Virus record (IMG/VR): IMGVR_UViG_3300020403_000027
Coordinates: 1-41,285 of that record
DNA from: a virus
Lineage: Duplodnaviria; Caudoviricetes
Direction: 5' to 3' (one strand)
Length of the DNA: 41,285 nucleotides
Both the position numbers and the translations under genes were made by a program. Below the pieces are notes generated by a model, which saw nothing but the letters and a program-made list of their open reading frames with translations, did not search any database and was not told where the DNA came from. Positions 37,858 through 41,285 of the stretch are shown piece by piece. The first letter of the stretch is position 1. The number at the start of each line of letters is the position of its first letter.

Positions 37858-38750
37858 TAAAATCCGTCCTCTACTAATTCTTTAGTTATAATTACAGTTT
37901 CCATAAATGTTAAGGTCATTTTTATTTCAAATGGTGCACCATTTTCAAAGAAGAAAGGTACACCAGCAGCTGCATAGTTTACTACTGCAGACTTACAAAC
38001 ACTAGTTGCTATCTTAAAAGGAGTTCCTGCTCCTCCTCCTTTATAACTTGATCCACCTGTTGTACCTGCATGACCAAACTTTATTTTAAATTTATTTGGA
38101 AAAGAGAAAAAGTTAGAACCTGCTCCTCTTTTTCTTGAACCTCCTGTTGCAGCTTGAGCTCCTCCATTAGGTAAATGGTTCTCTGTATACCCAGGTAATG
38201 TAGCGCTTCTAAAAAATTTAATTATCTGTCTTATAGTTTCTGATTCTCCTTCAGACTTTGCTATCATAGGAAATTCAAAAGTAAATTGTCTGAATTTACC
38301 AGGACCTTGATATAATAATGACATCTTTGGATTAACAGCTACGTTTAAACCTCCAACTGCTCTTTTAAGAAAATCATTCTTTCTTATCATTTGTTGTACA
38401 CTTGATTCTACTACGCTTTCTCCTTGAGTAGCAGAAGGTATCATATTAGCTAGTTTACTTGTTATATCTCCTCCATCTTGTCCAGATGTAAAATAAGGAG
38501 TTAACTCTCCTGATACTTTAGCAGCAGTTTCTGATAATACTGTTCCTAACCCTTCTTGTTCTGCATATACAGCTTCTGCAGTAGAAATAAGAGCCTGAGC
38601 GCTCATTGGTAGAGCAATAGAAAACTCCGGAGTAGTAGCAACTCCTCCCCCAAACAAAGAAGGATATGATTCAAAAAGAACGTAATGGCCTTCTGTATTA
38701 GTTTTCAACTCAGGTGGGTATTCTAAATATGTTGTACCTCCGGTAGCCAT
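37857..38750 (-). CDS. gp48: Baseplate tail-tube cap (gp48-like)
   Basis: LEYP..IALPM; VNPKMSLLYQGP..RQFTFEF..IIKFFR; MTLTFMETVIITK. Confidence 0.85.
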   Translation of the reverse strand: MATGGTTYLEYPPELKTNTEGHYVLFESYPSLFGGGVATTPEFSIALPMSAQALISTAEAVYAEQEGLGTVLSETAAKVSGELTPYFTSGQDGGDITSKLANMIPSATQGESVVESSVQQMIRKNDFLKRAVGGLNVAVNPKMSLLYQGPGKFRQFTFEFPMIAKSEGESETIRQIIKFFRSATLPGYTENHLPNGGAQAATGGSRKRGAGSNFFSFPNKFKIKFGHAGTTGGSSYKGGGAGTPFKIATSVCKSAVVNYAAAGVPFFFENGAPFEIKMTLTFMETVIITKELVEDGF

Positions 38751-38770
38751 TGAAAATATCTCCAGTTATG

Positions 38771-38778
38771 TATAAATA
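38771..38778 (+). promoter_or_regulatory. T4-type late promoter TATAAATA for the gp4 block
   Basis: Perfect consensus about 35 nt upstream of the gp4 ATG. Confidence 0.8.
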
Positions 38779-38796
38779 GGCTTACTATATGTAATT

Positions 38797-38804
38797 TATT
38801 TATA
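38797..38804 (-). promoter_or_regulatory. T4-type late promoter TATAAATA for the gp48 block
   Basis: + strand TATTTATA, about 46 nt upstream of the gp48 ATG. Confidence 0.8.
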
Positions 38805-38813
38805 TAAGTGATT

Positions 38814-39257
38814 ATGGCCTATAAAGGTAAATATAAACCATCCTATCGCGAAAAATACGTTGGTGATCCTACAAAGATAGTTTACAGAAGTCTTTGGGAA
38901 AGACGATTTATGGTTTATTGTGATACTAATCCTAATGTCCTTAAATGGGCAAGTGAAGAAGTAGTAATTCCATATAGATCTCCAGTTGATAAGAGAATAC
39001 ATAGATACTACCCTGACTTCTGGGTAAAGACTAAAAAACATGATGGAAGTATTGAAATATCTCTTATAGAGGTTAAGCCAAAGGTACAAACTAAACCTCC
39101 TAAACAAACCGGAAAGAAAAGAAAGAGTGGACGGTTTTTGCTTGAAATGAAAAGATATGCTGTAAACGAAGAAAAATGGAAAGCAGCTAAGAAGTTTTGT
39201 GAACATAAGAACTGGAAATTTATTATATTAACAGAGGATCAACTATTATCTAAATAA
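38814..39257 (+). CDS. gp4: Head completion nuclease (gp4-like, TnsA-like fold)
   Basis: MAYKGKY..KYVGDP..YRSLWERRFM..WASEE..HRYYPDF..IEVKP..NEEKWKAA..ILTE. ATG 38814 preferred over GTG 38808. Confidence 0.93.
   Translation: MAYKGKYKPSYREKYVGDPTKIVYRSLWERRFMVYCDTNPNVLKWASEEVVIPYRSPVDKRIHRYYPDFWVKTKKHDGSIEISLIEVKPKVQTKPPKQTGKKRKSGRFLLEMKRYAVNEEKWKAAKKFCEHKNWKFIILTEDQLLSK
39249..39256 (+). promoter_or_regulatory. Possible late promoter variant TCTAAATA before gp2
   Basis: CTAAATA overlapping the gp4 stop, very close to the gp2 ATG. Confidence 0.35.
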
Positions 39258-39261
39258 GTAT

Positions 39262-39864
39262 ATGGCACAGCAAACCGGATTAGTAAGACAAGCAATAGAT
39301 TGGTTTAGAGAGAAATTCCAAACTCTAAGAAGGGAATTAATTTCTGGAAGAGCGGGTAGACAAAGTTCTGGAGACATAATAGGAGAAGCAAGAAGAGATA
39401 GTAAGATACAATTAGGTCATATGTATTTCTTCAATTATCATCCTAAGTATGCAGCTAAATTAGAATACTACGATCAATTTCCTTTAGTAATTCCTATAGG
39501 AGCCTGGCAGGGTGGATTTATAGGTATGAACTTTCATTATCTACCTTATAATTTAAGAGAAAAATTAATGAAGTTATTAATAGCTACTCATGTAAGTAGC
39601 TTAGGAGAAAGATCTGGAGTTAAATTAGATACTCCAGCAACTTCATATTTAAACATTAAATATGATCAATTAGCTCCATTTAGTAAATATAAAGAAGCTA
39701 AACCAACCATACATAAATATAATATGCGTAATGTAGCCAGTAAATTTCTTCATATTAATTCAGATGAATGGAATACTGCATTACACTTACCAGTTGAAGA
39801 TTTTAGAAAAGCTACAAAAGCACAAGTTTGGTTAGATAGTAGAGAAAAAATTAAGGCACTATGA
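39262..39864 (+). CDS. gp2: DNA end protector protein (gp2-like)
   Basis: GHMYFFNYHPK..LEYYDQFPLV..GMNFHYLP..EWNTALHLPVEDF..VWLDS. Confidence 0.9.
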   Translation: MAQQTGLVRQAIDWFREKFQTLRRELISGRAGRQSSGDIIGEARRDSKIQLGHMYFFNYHPKYAAKLEYYDQFPLVIPIGAWQGGFIGMNFHYLPYNLREKLMKLLIATHVSSLGERSGVKLDTPATSYLNIKYDQLAPFSKYKEAKPTIHKYNMRNVASKFLHINSDEWNTALHLPVEDFRKATKAQVWLDSREKIKAL

Positions 39865-40388
39865 AAATTCAAGATTTCATTTCAAAGTTAGATGAGGCAG
39901 GTGGCTTAGCACCAATGAACAGATTTGTGGCAGATATTACACCGCCACAAGGAGTTACTAAGCCAACAAATTTAAACTTCTTTTGTGATACAGCTCCTCA
40001 TGCAGCTAAAACTGTAATGACATCTGATTTAAAACATTATGGCCCTGTACGTAAAATGGCAAGAGAACTCACATACGCAGAGTTTCAATTAGGTTTTATT
40101 ATTACTAATGCATGGGAAGCTAGAAACTTTTTTATTAGATGGATTGATTCAATGGTTGACCCTACAACTGCTAATATCAAATATTATGATAATTATAAAG
40201 GTGATATAAAAATTTTAAGTTTCGATCAATCAAGCGAAGATGCTAGTATTAACAATGCCACTTGTGTTACTCATTACATAGATACCTTTCCTACAAACGT
40301 TGATGCAGTAACTATGGATTGGTCTAATAACAATACAGTAGGAAAATTTAACGTTAATTTTGTATGCAGAAAGCATGTAAATTTATAA
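39861..40388 (+). CDS. Tail tube initiator-like protein (gp54/gp19 family)
   Basis: GGLAPMNRF..RNFFIRWID..YYDNYKGDIKI..TFPTNV..KFNVNF tail-tube fold pattern. Confidence 0.7.
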   Translation: MKIQDFISKLDEAGGLAPMNRFVADITPPQGVTKPTNLNFFCDTAPHAAKTVMTSDLKHYGPVRKMARELTYAEFQLGFIITNAWEARNFFIRWIDSMVDPTTANIKYYDNYKGDIKILSFDQSSEDASINNATCVTHYIDTFPTNVDAVTMDWSNNNTVGKFNVNFVCRKHVNL

Positions 40389-40405
40389 ATTGATTTGGAG
40401 ATATT

Positions 40406-41122
40406 ATGGCTTTACCGTCAGTGGAAACACCTACCTATGAGATAAGATTACATAGTGTAGATAGACCAATTAAATATAGACCTTTTCTAGTAAAAGAAGA
40501 AAAGATCTTACTAACAGCTCTCGAAGGTGGAGAGACTAAAGATATTGTTCAAGCTACAAAACAAATAATTAAAAATTGTGTTTTGGATGAAGATATAGAT
40601 ACACACAAATTACCTTCGTTTGATGTTGAATATCTTTTCTTAAATTTGAGAGCACGATCAGTAGGTGATATTGTAACTATAGGAATGAAACATCCTGATC
40701 CTAATCATCCATGTGATGGTGTTACAGCTGTTGAAATAAACTGCAATGATATTAAAATACATGTACCTGAAGAAATAAACAGTTTAGTGAAACTTACAGA
40801 TAAAGTATCTGTACAATTAAATTTTCCTGACATTGATAAGATGACAAGACCTCAAGAAGAATCACAAATGGATTCTATCTTTCAGATTACTAAGGCTTGC
40901 ATTACTGGAATATATGATGGTGATGAGTATCACGATATAAAAAATAGTACTGATAAAGAAGTAGAAGATTTTATCTATAGTTTAAATCAAGAACAATTCG
41001 GAAAAATAGTTCAATTTTTTAACACTATGCCCAAACTAAGACATGAGGTTAATTGGACTTGTGAGAAATGTGGTAAAAGTGATTCAGTAGTCCTGGAGGG
41101 GCTACAAAGTTTTTTCGGCTAG
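40406..41122 (+). CDS. gp26: Baseplate hub assembly protein (gp26-like)
   Basis: MALP..PTYE..YRPFLVKEEKILL..FDVEYLFLNLRARSVG..FFNTMPKL..CEKC..EGLQSFF. Confidence 0.9.
   Translation: MALPSVETPTYEIRLHSVDRPIKYRPFLVKEEKILLTALEGGETKDIVQATKQIIKNCVLDEDIDTHKLPSFDVEYLFLNLRARSVGDIVTIGMKHPDPNHPCDGVTAVEINCNDIKIHVPEEINSLVKLTDKVSVQLNFPDIDKMTRPQEESQMDSIFQITKACITGIYDGDEYHDIKNSTDKEVEDFIYSLNQEQFGKIVQFFNTMPKLRHEVNWTCEKCGKSDSVVLEGLQSFFG
41095..41116 (+). promoter_or_regulatory. Candidate -1 programmed ribosomal frameshift signal (internal SD GGAGG plus T TTT TTC)
   Basis: X XXY YYZ heptamer at 41110-41116 in the gp26 frame; GGAGG at 41095-41099, 10 nt upstream. Confidence 0.65.
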
Positions 41123-41285
41123 CTCTCAGTCATAATGATTTAATAAATTATTATAAGACGGTTTTTTCTATAGCACAAAATCATAAGTGGAGTTTGACTG
41201 AGATAGAAAATATGATAGTATATGAAAGAGAAGTATATATTGCATTGTTAATTGAGCATATCGAAGAAGAAAATGCTCGCATAGA
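41116..41285 (+). CDS. gp51: gp51-like baseplate hub assembly catalyst domain, -1 frame relative to gp26, no start codon ahead of the conserved segment, runs off the window
   Basis: RLALSHNDLINYYKTVFSIAQNHKWSLTEIENMIVYEREVYIALLIEHIEEENARI matches the gp51-like NYY..F....H.SL.E.ENM...ER.Y pattern. Frame opens after TGA 41080-41082; first TTG at 41194, first ATG at 41212. Confidence 0.8.

Noticed and set aside
38796-39206. 136-aa minus-strand ORF
   Set aside because: Antisense to well-conserved gp4, with F/S/I-rich shadow composition.
40384-40391. TATAAATT before gp26 as a late promoter
   Set aside because: Mismatch at the last position in AT-rich sequence overlapping a stop codon; insufficient support.
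41123-41143. Stop-codon readthrough of the gp26 TAG as the route to gp51
   Set aside because: Frame 0 stops again after six codons (CTC TCA GTC ATA ATG ATT TAA); the gp51-like sequence is in the -1 frame.
1-41285. tRNAs, introns, inteins, homing endonucleases, alternative genetic code
   Set aside because: Intergenic gaps are very short, long ORFs are intact in the standard code, and I recognised no intein or homing-endonuclease motifs by eye.

Overview
AT-rich segment of a T4-like myovirus genome, probably environmental; the host cannot be assigned. It covers the late virion-morphogenesis region. A leftward block runs gp48, gp53, gp27-like hub, gp5, a 52-aa ORF, a 1123-aa unknown, gp25, gp6, gp7, gp8, DUF4815/VrlC-like, a fibre, an accessory cassette, gp13, gp14, gp15, gp16 and accessory membrane genes. 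A rightward block runs gp4, gp2, gp54-like, gp26 and gp51-like. TATAAATA-type late promoters sit at gene boundaries. Highlights: (1) two paralogous proteins carry aromatic tetrad arrays with exactly matched arms around a loop (15/15 and 20/20), directly upstream of a glycosyltransferase and two Fe/2OG-type oxygenases, a candidate virion-fibre modification system. (2) A candidate programmed -1 frameshift (GGAGG, 10 nt, T-TTT-TTC) fuses gp26 to a start-less gp51-like frame. (3) A translationally coupled trio after gp16 encodes a 3-TM protein, a membrane-anchored CxxCH cytochrome c-like protein and an AapJ/BztA-like amino-acid binding protein. (4) [A/S/G]-N-[S/T] motifs are enriched in peripheral virion proteins. 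All family calls come from motif recognition by eye, not from database searches.
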